DNA of 64,000 nt from Catajapyx aquilonaris (Eukaryota): assembly GCA_000934665.2 (NCBI GenBank), contig KZ538147.1, forward strand, positions 1 through 64,000, given 5' to 3'. Below, piece by piece: positions 24,901 through 37,953 of the stretch (position 1 is its first letter; each line of letters starts with the position of its first letter). Position numbers and translations under genes: made by a program. The notes under the pieces were generated by a model. The model was given only the letters and a program-made list of their open reading frames with translations. It did not search any database and was not told the DNA's origin.

Positions 24901-27900
24901 GCTTTCCAAGCCTTTCAGCCTACACCCACACCATATGCACTGAACCCCATGTTCCTTGTTATAGTAGAGCAGCCACTGTAATTAATTATATCTGCCCACT
25001 ACTTCCTACCTGGCAGAGACAACAACTTCCCATCCTTAATTAATTAGGGGAGAAGAGTACAGTTAAAGACAAGTAGGAAATGGTAGGCAGGAATCAAGAA
25101 AGACACTGACCTACGATGATGACCACTATGACAAGTCCGATGGCCCCCATAATCAACATCATCTTCATGTTTTTCCACCAGAACTTCCTCTTCAGTTTGC
25201 CTGCCTGCTGCTCAAACTGCGATGCTCCCTGTTGCAAAGCATCTGGGTGTGGAAAAAGTAATTAGCCTTACATTTGTCCCATTACACAACACTCATCAAA
25301 TTTGAAATAAAAGGACTTCACTACAGCCTAACATATTAGTGGCAGATTATTCCCGGCGCCCATTCGTCACGTTAACTTGCAAATAAAAAGTTCTAAGCAC
25401 CTACATGCCACTTTTATGTTGAAATTCACCAGTTTGCAATGAATTAAATAATTTTCTTGAACTGTTATTCATGTCATCTCAAAGACAGTCACAAGTCACT
25501 AATCACAGGCTATTCATGCAAGCTTTTTATGAAATCAGTGCATATTTAGTGACTCATCCCTGCATAGAATAAGACTGCAGTAATTTGGTTACAAAGTTCT
25601 AATCAGACAAGAAATTCTCCCTGATGCCAGATATGCTTCAATGCACAGGTAGAGTGAGTCATACTTGTGATCTAATGGCAAGTGTACCCAGTATGCACTG
25701 CATGATTCATACATCTTGTGATTGGTCTGGTTCAAATTCAACATGAAAAGGTGGCCTTTATTCTATTTCATTCCACATGCAAATACTTGGCACAGATTTT
25801 TCAGATTGTTACACAACCTGGCAACTCATGCAGGCCAGTCATTTTTGTTTGCACTCCTGACAGCTCATACGTGGTGAAACACCAAAGGCTTTCTCATGGC
25901 ACTGTTATCACTTCACTGATAAAAAGTTCTATCGTTCTATGAGGCCAACAATCAGAAAAACTGTGCTGTTATCACCAGACCTGCGCCACTAAGGATCAAG
26001 ATGGACACCCATGCACTGAATTGTGAATTCACTGTGTCCAGAAGCAAAGAGTAATAGCCAAAGAAATGAAGTGAAAAATTATGCGAAAAAAGGTTCTCTA
26101 CAAATGAATATTGCATTGAAACATGAAAATTTGGGACTCTCTAACCTGCTCGGTCATCCAGTTCGGACAACTTCTGATCACGCTCCAGCACTTTCTCTAC
26201 ATTAGTCCGCATGATGTCCACCACCTGGGTGAGGCCCAGGCAGAAGGAGCAGATGAAAGGCAGCATGGGAAGGGAAAGGGTGAAAGAGAGAAAACAGGCA
26301 AGGTATGCCATCAGTCAATGAAACAAGTTGCCCCGTTTCAATAGGAGGGAGACACAATTCATTAACTTGGGCGCCGGGCAGGTAATTACAGTACCTAGAA
26401 TGCTGCTCTAATGCTGAGCGTATGTCTCAAGGGGTAAGAGTTAGTAGATTATAGCACTCGTGCACATTCCCCAAAACAGTTTCAGATGCAGGACCTCACC
26501 TGCCCTGTCGTCCAGCTCTGAAAGCTTCTGGTCCCTCTCTAGCACCTTCTCCACGTTCACCCTCATGATGCCCACAACCTAATGTGTGTTACATAGTATA
26601 CATTTGTGTGCATCAGTCAATTAAATCAATCTAAGTGTGTCATGAACAATAAACTTAACAATATCATTGATACTGAGGCACACAAAACTGAACAAAAGTA
26701 ATAAATCAATGTTCTGGCTAAATCATCACTTCTTGTCTGACTTCCACAGCACCTGCAATTATCATCATTGTGAATCTGAAACCTTCTGATGTGACAATTA
26801 TGCAATTATAATAAAGTGCAAGTTCATATTTGAGTATGCACAAGTGCTTCCTCAAGATTGCACTACATGCACAGGGAAGGTTTCAAATCCTCAAGATTCA
26901 AGAAAGTTATTACACATCACAGTTGAGCAATGTGAACTAGATATGAAATCAGTGATTCACTTCCATTTTGACCATTATTGACTGTTCCACTTCTACTTTA
27001 ACGTGATCAACATACAGCAATAATTACTACACAAATCATATATTATCCACATGAGGTCACAACTATTCCGTAAACATAGTGACTTCACTTTTGTTACAAT
27101 GCCTCTGAAAATAGCAATGTAACAACCAGTAATGATATCAAGCATTTAAAAAATACAAGTAATACTTTCTAAAGTGCCATCAGCCCTTGGAAGACAATTA
27201 CAACACAAAGTTCTTGATGAAGAAGGTGCACTTATTCAATTATTTCTCTCAGCAGGAGTCACAGATGGGTCAAGGTCATGTGCATTCATGTCAACGAACT
27301 GACCTCATCGACCTGTGCCTGTGTCTGCTGCAGCCTCTTCTGCGCTGCCATCTGCTGAGGAGTGCGAGGACCTCCAACGATGGCCCCTTCCCCATCTGCC
27401 GCACCCCCCTCCGCTCCGGGTGCCGCAGCTGGCGGGCCACCCGCCGCTCCACCTTCCGTTGACCTGACAAGAAAAACAAATGTAAGCTACAGGCATCCTA
27501 ATGAAAGAACAACAATGTATAATACACCCTACATTGCAATTTTTTCAGCAATGACAAACAAAAGTATATCACTAAAGATTCACACACAAATCCTGCCACA
27601 GAGAATACAAGTTCCTTTAGGCAAGTAATCTAGGGTACAATACCACAAACCTTCCTGCCCACATGATGTCTGCCCACTTGCCCCTGCAGATCTGCTGTCC
27701 TTTTAATCGTTGGACAGCAGGGTCATATGTTATCTCAATTTACAGCTTGATTAATGGGAAACGTCACTACATTATCAAAACTTTCCGCTGACTTACACCT
27801 CTACCAAGGGCAACTCCTCCCACTCCTGTCATTGCTATCTTGTAAAATTGTTGCTTTTTTAGACAAAATGCTTGTGCGTGTTTGCATTATTGCAATTGAA

Positions 27901-30900
27901 CTACACTGGCCCAAGGGTTACCATTAACATGGAATTTATCTACAACTGGTCATTGCATATAAGATTATATGTGTTCATATATCATAACTCTAGGGTACAT
28001 TGGCTCTTTAAAAAAAAAAACATTGCAATGGCCAAGAGGCGGAAACAATCATTGTCAGTAAGTTAACAAATTGTAAAACAGTTCTCATGTCATATTTTCA
28101 CTGAAACTGAAAAGATGGGCTTTTGAATGTTTAGCCTATATGCAAATATGTGAACTATTCATTATAAACCACCAAACCATGTCTTCATGACGCTCCTACC
28201 CATGCTCCCAACAGCAATGCAATCATTCAATACATTCCTGGCTTCTTTTGACCCTATCATATTCCTGAGATCTTTACAACTGTGTCCAGTCTAGGTGATT
28301 CCACTAATCTGAGAGATAACTACAACACCTTGGTGATTACACGTACTAAATCAGTCATTCAAGTCTTCTCAAAGCAGAAAATTGAGGTGTGGAAAGCAAC
28401 AATGTGGTCATCTTGCCCATGAAATTGTGGATTTGCACATCACTGACCCATTATGCTGGGTACACTAGGCACTGTAATGTCTGAAAAGTTGCACAAATAG
28501 GGGGCATGCACACCAATTCATCACCATTGCCTAGTTTGCTCCTGATCTTTCAGTTCAAATAGCAGAGACAGAGGGCAGAGCAGACCAGTGGGAGAAAGAC
28601 AATCCTTCCTGACGTTCCAACTACACTTGTGCCCACTGCCTCCAGGATTTGAACTTATATCAAAGGATGTCCTGAACTGGGCAACAGTGACACAACTGCA
28701 ATGGGCAGGTGTGCAGGCATCTCACTCCTGCAACCTTTTAGCCATACATCACAGCTTCAATGGCTAGTTTGCATGCAACCCATGACAGTATGAGCTGAAG
28801 ATAAAGATTGTATTTTTGGATCAGTCTGTAGCCTACAAGGACCCTAGTGGAACTGCACTTTGTGAATTACTGACCTAAATCTGCCAATAATTAAGTGGCT
28901 GTGGCCTACTTGCCAATGGATGATTACGATCACACGACCATTGTAGGATTACTATAGCTACTTCTCAAGAGGCCTCTACTTTCATTAACCCATTTTTCTC
29001 TTAATTTCACTTATGAACTCTTTAATTGATTAAGTCTCAGCACCAATTGTGCAGGGAACAATACACATACAGATAAATAGGTCACTACATGTCATCAGGA
29101 AGAATATTACGCCACTCCATTGTCAAGTCATCATAACTTGTTTTATATTTTCAAAACCACACCCAAGTGGCATAAACGTACGTGATTAACTTCACAGCAT
29201 TGAGAATGCCATCATCCGTGTTAACTCGCCTCAAGCTGCACATGTGTGACACATGCAGTTAACCAGGGTTTATTAACACACCACTGCATAAATTAAACGG
29301 ATGAACAAGAGGTCAAGGAACTAACTCTCTAAATCATTCTGTTCAAAAGCAACTGATGTTTCTTTTAAATTCCTCATTTCTGTTTCGTCACCACAAATAT
29401 CATGAAGCCATATGGATGCTGAGGGCAAATTAATAATTTGGTTGTCCTGTGATGGGTCTAAAGCACCTTTTTCAGGTAGCGACCCCCTTTTATGATAGTC
29501 AAGTAATCTGCAACCACCACGCTCCCGAGTATTAGTATAACATTATTGTAGTGCAGACATATTCAAACATATTTTTAAAACCTTCGTGGTGAAATTTCCT
29601 ATAAAATTCCAAGTAAAAATAACCACAGCCACTGTGCGACCCCCCAGAAAAGGCTTGGTGACCCACAGGTTGGGAACCACTGGTCTAAAGAGTCTTTTTA
29701 AATGACTCAATCACTGGATTATTAATGGAGGAAAAACCCAGGTAAACAAGGTGAGTAGTCCTGGCAATGTGCAGTCATTATGTGTATGGCCCTTAGAGTA
29801 CCCAGGATTCTATCATGTGAAAAATCAATGTGTATCAATGTAAACAAAACTCATTGCCCTGGCATCTTTTCTTTTCATTCGCAGCAAATTTCAGCTAAGA
29901 TATTTCACCATAATACACTGTGTCTGCATGTTTATTATACCACAAATTTTTCACAACTACAGAAAAATTATTTCATGCTACTCGATGATGCGGTGTCTAC
30001 TGCACAGGGTTCTTCTAAATTACAATCTTCCAACATTGTGTCCCCACTTCATATGGCAGGCCTGACCCCAACACCTTATCTTAATCCCACCCACCACCCA
30101 ACCCAAACACAACAACCTAGAACAAAGGTCTTGCAAAGATGCACAAAGCTTCTGCACCTTATGCCTATAACAAGTTATCACATTTGAGTTGGTGTATTGG
30201 TGGAATTTAGATAAGGGGGTGGATCAGGGCTGCCACATGAGCGAGGGATCCAGGTGTAGAAGGTAGATAATTTACGCAAAACACCTGGCAACGCAATGCT
30301 AACCATTTATAAAAAATTGGAATAACTTATTTTGTAACAGCAGAATGCAATATTCAGTATGGATCGTGGTATGGAAAAAATGGGCAGTTCTTGAAAGCTA
30401 CCCATAAACTTAAATATGATTTTACGTGAGGGTAGGGAACACTTAGCAACTTGCAGCACAAACCTCCAAACTTGTCCCAAGACACTTACACAGCTCTGAC
30501 AGCTAAAGCCCCCAACCCAATGTGCATGTTTGCACTGTACCTGATGGATTCCCTATAATGCATTCCGAACTTGACTGGAACCTTCTATCGACTGAACTTC
30601 CCTGGTCATTGACTTTACACACATTTAAAACTAGCAATCACATATCAGGAACATTTAACCTCTGATTTAATCTCTGATATTGTTCACTTAAGGGGGTTAG
30701 GGACAGTTGTAACTCATGTTCATACAAGTGGACCTTAGTAAGCTAAGGTCACAAAGGCTGGGTTGCATGAATGATTGTAAACCTGGAACAAATAATTAAT
30801 CTTGCACCTGTTCTAGGGTTACTTTGTTTATTCTACCAGCCCAAAGTATGAAAATATGGCATTCATCACCTTGTTCCCAAATTACAAACCTTTCTTATTG

Positions 30901-32091
30901 CTCATTTCTTCATTGGAAGCAACAGGCCTCTTACGCACATTTGAACATATGGGGCATGCTGTCACAATTTATTATAATCGACCTATATTATGAGTAATGA
31001 ACTAATTAGATTTAATTCAGTTAACGAATACATGGACAAAAGAAAATGAAAGGAATTTTTCCCACAGTTGGCTGCAGTGCCAAATACCACTGCTGTCCAC
31101 TAATTTTTGTGCAAATCTTGAATAGTAATTATACTCGCAGCTTTAAAACTAGGATACTTTCTTGCATGACTCACATTTTGGAGTTGCCTAGAGCCCCTTT
31201 TAGAAGCCTTTTTAAAAAACACTCAGAACCTGCCTGAGAAATAAATTATTCACTTCACCTCCCCTTTGGTAGTGTCATTTTATTTACGCTGCTCTGACAA
31301 TACGAAAATGTTCTGGAACAGGCCCACTATCTGCTTGCCAAGGACAACATTGCCAAATTATGCCTAAATTATAGATTCAACCACAGTATGGCACTGATAC
31401 CCCAATGGGCAACATGGCCACTCCACAATGCCAGTCAATGAAATTGCTTGTGAAATTAGTGCCAGGCATGCAGGGTGTCCTAATTGAAATGTCAGCAGCA
31501 GTCAGAAATCTGCAGCACCAACCTGCTAACATTTAAGATGCTACTTTTAATAGTTTTTGTTAGAATTAGCTGCTTATCCACTTCTTATGTGCTAAGCTAG
31601 GTAGAATCATTGATCCACGCTCTGAATAGCATTGAACTTCCCTCTGGGAATTGTATGTCAGTACAATTGGCATTCCATGTCAATAATACAACCTACTTTT
31701 GCGGACCTGACCAGTTAATTTTTTTGACAGCCTCTTCAATGAACTGCTTAAAATAAGCATACTAGTCCCAAATAATTGTTGACCCTACTGACACATCAAT
31801 TTGATTTCAAATGTCAGAAATTCAGCCTCCTCTGGAACAAAATAATATTTTTAAAAATCCATTGCAGCTGATTATTTCACTCCCCATCTTGTCACTCACT
31901 GTACCTACTAATTGGCGTTCCAGCCCTAATTAGCTCCAATTTAGTGGTTCCACCCCAATTACCCCAATTCCGGGAGTCCCGATTTCTGCCCGCCATCCAC
32001 CAACGGGCCGAGTGCCAACAAGGCACTGACACATCCCCATGACTGTTTATTTCCATATAAAATCCCACCCCCCCATGTAAAAGACTCACAT
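21925..32091 (-). CDS. Syb: Synaptobrevin/VAMP2 R-SNARE with mutually exclusive exons
   Basis: Split start codon AT(32091-32090)|G; exon 27463-27304 (..[12 protein letters not shown]); exon 3a 26578-26500 or 3b 26224-26146; exon 25242-25111 ([25 protein letters not shown] plus TM helix); best terminal exon 21989-21925 ([21 protein letters not shown]). Confidence 0.93.
29460..29683. mobile_element. Possible degenerate hAT-type MITE
   Basis: Ends in CAGGTTGGGAACCACTG, a terminus typical of Charlie-like hAT MITEs, with repeated internal GCGACCCC; the left terminus is not recognisable. Confidence 0.4.
30050..30240. repeat. Degenerate fold-back inverted repeat (old MITE-like)
   Basis: CATATGGCAGGCCTGACCCC..CCTTATCTTAATCCCACC is imperfectly complementary to GGTGGAATTTAGATAAGGGG..GATCAGGGCTGCCACATG. 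Confidence 0.5.
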
Positions 32092-32761
32092 GACGAGGCT
32101 GTGTTTGTTGCTCTTCCTCTTCTTCTTCTACTACTCTCCCGTCAGCGGAGTGCTTCCTGGATCAAGTCGTCGTGGTTGGTTCCACCTCCAACCCAGCGCC
32201 GAGACCCCCGTCCGTCCCCGTCTGTCACACACACTGCAGTATCCCAACCGGCCGGGTTCGTCCTTCAGTTCCTGCCCTTCGCTTCCTTTCCCCCCCGGCC
32301 TATCTGGACGTCACGGCGGGGCAGGCGAGGCTGTGCGTATCTCCCTGCCTCGGGCTAAAAGCGAGGCTGGTGGCGGTAGGAACACTGCTGGCTCGGGACA
32401 GTCCCCCAGCTCGACCTGCTGCAATGGCGACCTCGGCCCTTTTCCCCTCTGATGTCATCCATCCGGGAACTTTTCGGGTGGTGGGAGGGGGAGGCGGGCG
32501 GGCGGGTTGGCGGGTGGGTGGGTTGGAGGTGGCGGGGGCGGAGTGGGCGGCACGCACACGCATCCACATTAAACGCACTTTTAATTAACCAAAATGTTAA
32601 TTAATTACACGCAACTAATTAGAGCCGCATGTTAGCTGAATAGAGGGCAGCACGTGCTTCCGGTCTGTCCTTGTCGTCACTTCCGGTCTGGTGCAGGCCT
32701 ATCCTCGTGTCATTTGCGGTTCGTGTCGGGTCCGAGTTCGTCGTGTTGTTCGAGTACAGAG
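32092..32761. promoter_or_regulatory. Divergent Syb / RpL22 promoter region
   Basis: Head-to-head start codons about 670 bp apart in a CpG-rich island; two CTTCCGG (ETS-like) motifs at about 32657 and 32680 upstream of the RpL22 ATG. Confidence 0.55.
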
Positions 32762-33202
32762 ATGCCACCGGTAAGTACGGCTCATTACAAGGGCATACAC
32801 TAATTGCGATGGGCTGTTTTAAGTATTTGGGATATCGGATGGACTTGAGCAGGGTCAGATTTGATCGGATTGGAGGGTTGACCATATTTTTTTCGGGGTG
32901 TAGGCAAAGGAGAAGAAGCCGGCCCCTGCTGCGGGAGGTGCGGCCAAACCAGCCCCTGCTGCAGGAGGTGCAGCCAAGCCGGCCCCTGCTGCGGGAGGTG
33001 CAGCCAAGCCGGCCCCTGCTGCAGGAGGTGCAGCCAAGCCAGCCCCCGCTGCGGGAGGTGCCAAGCCGGCCCCACAGCAACAGCAGCAGAAGAAGGCTCC
33101 GGCCCAACCTGCACAGCAACAACCAAAGAAGGCTGCTTCGCAACCGGCGCAACAACAACAACAGCAGTCGCAGCAGCCCAAGAAGGCGCAGTCTCAGCCA
33201 GG

Positions 33203-33237
<35 letters not shown>

Positions 33238-35259
33238 AGAAGGCAGCGGCTCAGCCTGCACAACAACAGCAGCAACAGCCCAAGAAGGCTGCATCACAGC
33301 CTGCCCAACAGCAGCAGAAAAAGGAGAAGGCCCCCGCACAGCCTGGCCAGCAGCAACAACAACAGCAGCAGAAGAAGGAGAAGGCCCCCGCACAGCCTGG
33401 CCAGCAGCAACAGCAGCAGAAGAAAGAGAAGGCCCCCGCACAGCCTGGCCAGCAGCAACAGCAGCAGAAGAAAGAGAAGGCCCCTGCACAGCCTGGCCAG
33501 CAGCAGCAACAACAGCAGAAGAAAGAGAAGGGCCCCGCACAGCCTGGCCAGCAGCAGCAACAACAGCAGAAGAAGGAAAAGGGTCCCGCACAGCCTGGCC
33601 AGCAGCAACAACAGCAGAAGAAAGAGAAGGCCCCTGCACAGCAGCAGCAGCAGCCGAAGAAGGAAAAGGGTCAACAGCCAGCCCAGCAGCAGCAACAGCA
33701 GCAGAAGAAGGCCCCTGCCCAACAGCCTGCCCAGAAGAAGGATGAGCCCAAGAAGGCTGCCTCGGCCACCACTCCCAAGCAGCAGCAACAGCAGCAGCAG
33801 CCAGCCAAGGCAAAGGGAGGAGCCAAGCCTCAGGAGGCTGCCAAGCAGCAGCAACAACAGCAGGGCAAGGCCAAGCCTGCCCAGCAAACCCAGCAGCCAG
33901 CAAAGAAGGAGCAGGCCCCCCCAGCTCAGCAGGCGCAGAAACGGAAGGCAGAAGCACCCAAGAAGGATGCTTCCCAGCCTGCCCCGAAGAAGAAGGCCGA
34001 GGGTGCTCCTGCTGCACAGCAGCAGCAGAAGAAGGGTGATGCCAAGAAGGCCGAGCCAGCCCAGAAGAAGAAGGAAGGTGTCAAACCAGCTCAGCAGCAG
34101 CCAGCCAAAAAGGCTGCATCTGCCCCAGCCACTGCCGCTCCCCAGCAGAAGGCAAAGGCCGTCAAGCGTGAGGCTGGGAAGGACTCTTCTGCACCTCCAG
34201 CCAAGGAAGCCAAGACTGCTCCCAAGGCAGCAGCTAAGCCTGCAGCCAAGCCAGCTGCCAAGCCAGCTGCCAAGCCTGCCGCCAAGCAAGCCGCCAAGCC
34301 TGCCGCTGCCAAGCCCACTGCTGCCAAGCCTGCTGCTGCTAAACCTGCAGCCAAAACGGCAGCCAAGGATCCTAAGGCCGCAGGGAAACCTGCTGTCCCC
34401 AAGGTCGCCGTCCCAGTGAAGAAGACAGCCGCTGCCAAGGCTGCTGCCAAGCTGTCCAAGGCGTCCAAGCCCACCCAGAAGAAGGCGACAGCTGCTGCCA
34501 ATGCTGCGGCCGCTGCTGCTGCTGCTGCGCAAAGGGCAAGGCAGCTGAGCAGGCAGAAACTGAAGGGGAAGGGTCAGCGTGGACGGAAGGTGACAGTCAA
34601 GTATGGGATCGACTGCGCGCATCCGGTTGAAGATGGCATTATGAATTCAGCTGATTTTGTGAGTGCAGCCAGCAGTGACCCCTGGGACCAGATGCCATCT
34701 TGGACATTTTCGGTCCTAGGGCTCTCTTCCCTAGCGACCCAGGGACCTCTTCCCTGCTTGCCTGCCTGGCACCTTGGTGCTGGGCGGCATGGCAGTGGCT
34801 AGGGCTACCTTCCCTAGCCCCCATACTGCCACCAAATCATGGTCACGTGGCATGTTGACTCATTTGTTCCTTTGTCATTTCAGGAGAAGTACCTTCGTGA
34901 GCGTATCAAGGTCAATGGGAAGCTGAGCAACTTCGGAAGTGTTGTCTCACTTGAGAGGAATAAGAACAAGATCAGCCTCACCGCTGACATCCACTTCTCA
35001 AAAAGGTGATTTTTAAATGTTGAATAGCAGAGTCGTCATCATTTGTGGCCATATAATTTTTCAATTTGTGTTAGATTCTCATGACCTCAACTAATGGTGA
35101 AACTTGTTCTTTCCCAGGTACCTCAAGTACCTGACAAAGAAGTACCTGAAGAAGAACAACCTTCGGGACTGGCTCCGAGTGGTTGCCCCTAACAAGGAGA
35201 ACTACGAGCTTAGGTACTTCCAGATCAACCAGGAAGAAGAGGATGACGATAAGGACTAA
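32762..35259 (+). CDS. RpL22: 60S ribosomal protein L22 (eL22) with very long Ala/Lys/Pro/Gln-rich N-terminal extension (~675 aa total)
   Basis: Exons 32762-32770 (MPP), 32904-34658, 34884-35005, 35118-35259. Core motifs [60 protein letters not shown] and an acidic tail. Confidence 0.95.
32916..34380 (+). repeat. Coding tandem repeats in the RpL22 extension
   Basis: About five 30-nt units encoding [10 protein letters not shown], about seven 45-51-nt units encoding [22 protein letters not shown] runs and AAKP repeats. Confidence 0.9.
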
Positions 35260-36039
35260 GCGGTTATTCCTGACATACCTTTTCCCTTGATTTTTTATGT
35301 ACTGACTTTTTTTCAGTATTGGAATTGAGAGGGAGGAGAATAAAAAATGGACAGGAAATGGACTTGTGCATTGTTATTCCAAATACATTGATTTGTGCAG
35401 GTAGTCCCCATTGACCATGACCTCCCCTTGCACATCTTTGTGCAACATCTGATTTTGGCTCATTTCTGTAATCAGGTTTGGTGCAATGATTGCATTGTAT
35501 GGCTGGATTGGGCTGGATTTATGAATGAACAGCTGAAGTCCAAGACCGAATGAATGATTATATGTAAGCGCATATTATTTGGATCACAATTCCAATACTA
35601 AAAGTGAATGACAAAATCATGCATGTTTTTTTGGTGATAAACTATTTGCAGTCCATGTACTGTAGTTCCAACATGCCATAAAAGTACGATGTAATGACTA
35701 CTACATTGCCTTCTGCAGTTTGGATACGTTCTTAGTGACGTAGATACAAATGGTGAAACTTTTTATCCATAAAAATGGAGCTGATTCTGACAGAGGCCGC
35801 TGCGAGAGATTCGGCAACGTTGCATGCCTAATCCAAGATGGCAGCCCCCAGTGGTTAGGTTGGTTTTCGTCCACGTAGGCCATTGGAGAGTCTCTCTTTC
35901 CCTGCCGATTTATCCGCTCCCTTGGCCCCTAATCGCCGTCATTCTCTTCCCGGCTGCCAGTCCAGTTCCTTCTGTCTGACTTCTGCTGCGCCTGCCATCA
36001 TCTGCGGTTGACTCGGCCTGCTGAGACACATCAGTGGAC

Positions 36040-37848
36040 ATGGATTTCTTCAAGAATGTACCGACCCATATGGTATGTCGCTTTGCATAGTTGCACACCG
36101 GGTTTGTTTGTTTTTGATGTGATTTGTGCCTTGACAGGACTATGACGGGCAGCGTCGGGCCGAGAAGTACTCCCGCTTCATCATCCTGGTCTTCGGGGTG
36201 AGTCTGCATTGTCTTCCCAAACATCGTGTAGGCGTACTCATGCTGCGTGTGCAGGAGTCCAGTGATCGGATTGCTGGTTTCATTACATGGAAATTTAGTT
36301 GCATTTTTCACGACATTGGCAGAACCATATGTTCGTTTGGATCTTAGAGGAAGAATCTGCAAGTTGCGCTCCTTATATCTGCAGAAATGGTCATTGATTC
36401 TAAACGTTTCGCCAGTTTTATAAAGTACGGTAATGATGCATAAGCAAAATGTCGATTAGCTCCGAGTCGTAATTTGCCTTTCATGTGACAGTAGTCAAAT
36501 GTACATTATGCTACTATGGGCTCCCATTATTGTTGGTTTTTCCCCCGGGTAATAAGTGACTTTTGAGGCCAAATTTTCGAGCTCTTGCACTATGTTGGGA
36601 ATTTTGAGTGTGGCATCACCCTCAGCTGAGCCTCACATCACACTGTCACAGTGACGTCAACTCTCCCACCCCTACCAGTGTGGCATGCAAACGATATTGA
36701 CTTTGATGATCACTGCAACTGAGGCTGTACTCCAATTTATCCCGTAGTTTTGCGCTCTTCTCTCCTACTTAACTACTTTGCCCCTCCTCCCATTGTAATG
36801 CAACAACTTCCAAAGAATCAGGAGAAATGGGTATGAAACGCACCAAGTTGGAGAGGTGCAGCAATGATGTTTACGCCCACAGATGTTTCCCTTCGTGATT
36901 CATGCATTGTTTGAGGATCCCTGGTTTTGCCTCTGGTGGAACATCTGGTTAGATTTCCCATCCGAGGAAGTGGAAAATATGGCCACATAGCACTTCTTTT
37001 CTCTCCTTGCCATTCATAGTTGTTGTTAAGTAGCCAAAGTCATATTTTTATTCAATATCATGAAGTTGGCATCATTAGAGTTTGATAACTGGCTTCTCTT
37101 TCAGGGTGTGGGCCTGGTGTGGGGATACATCCTGCAGCAGTTCTCCCAGACTGTCTACATCTTGGGAGCTGGATTCGCACTGGCATCTGCTGTAAGTCAA
37201 GTGTGATAGTATGTGGTATGGGAGCAGAGGGAAAGGTTTGGCTCACAAGCAGAAAAAGATTGGATTGTTACACAAAGTCTCAACTTCTCTTTGGCTCACT
37301 CAAAACAGATACAACTTAAGTGAAAAACGTACAATGTTAAATAGGAAGAAATTATGCACCCTGTATCAGGGTTGCCCTTAAAAAGCTTAACTGGGAAGCA
37401 AGTACTTGTGGCCGACTAAGAAAGTTGTCACATCAAGCAGCGTGCTGCTGGATCAATTCAGTCGAAGTGAATCGAGTGGACCCACTAGTTAAAAAATGAC
37501 TAGACAGCATTGAAATAGGCACCAGCAGGTGAATAGAGCATCCATGTAAATGGCACACTTGAGGAGTGGGGACTAGAGATTAAACATAAGACGTGGGCTT
37601 GCAGAACATTGCAATAAAAACCAGATTTAGGATAGCGATAATAAATATCAGTCTAAGACAAGCATATAATTGGTCCAGCAGCACAAATTCTTTCTTTTTT
37701 TGTCTATTTTCAGTTGACTATTCCTCCATGGCCGATGTTCCGCCACAAGCCCCTCAGCTGGCAGAAGCCTCGCCCTGAGTCTGACCCTGTGGATGCCAAC
37801 TTTGCCAGCTCCCCTGCTTCATCTACTCGCAGCAAGAAGAAGAAGTAG
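36040..37848 (+). CDS. SPCS1: Signal peptidase complex subunit 1 (SPC12)
   Basis: Exons 36040-36072, 36138-36197, 37105-37191, 37714-37848: MDFFKNVPTHMDYDGQRRAEKYSRFIILVFGGVGLVWGYILQQFSQTVYILGAGFALASALTIPPWPMFRHKPLSWQKP...KKKK*; AATAAA at about 37936. Confidence 0.93.
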
Positions 37849-37953
37849 AGGCCTGCAATTAATTCCATTCTGAAATTATGGTTTTGAAACAATTCCATGC
37901 ATGTTTTGTATTTAACAGCCCAGTTGGGTTCAACAAATAAAAACAAGTCACCT

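Noticed and set aside
33300..33670. Repeat-spacer-like periodicity resembling a CRISPR array
   Set aside because: Eukaryotic in-frame coding repeats with no unique spacers and no cas genes.
32671..34622. 582-aa plus-strand ORF and 442/260-aa antisense ORFs over RpL22
   Set aside because: Shadow frames of the stop-poor CAG/AAG/GCC repeat; the real frame starts at the spliced ATG 32762 and leads into the eL22 core.
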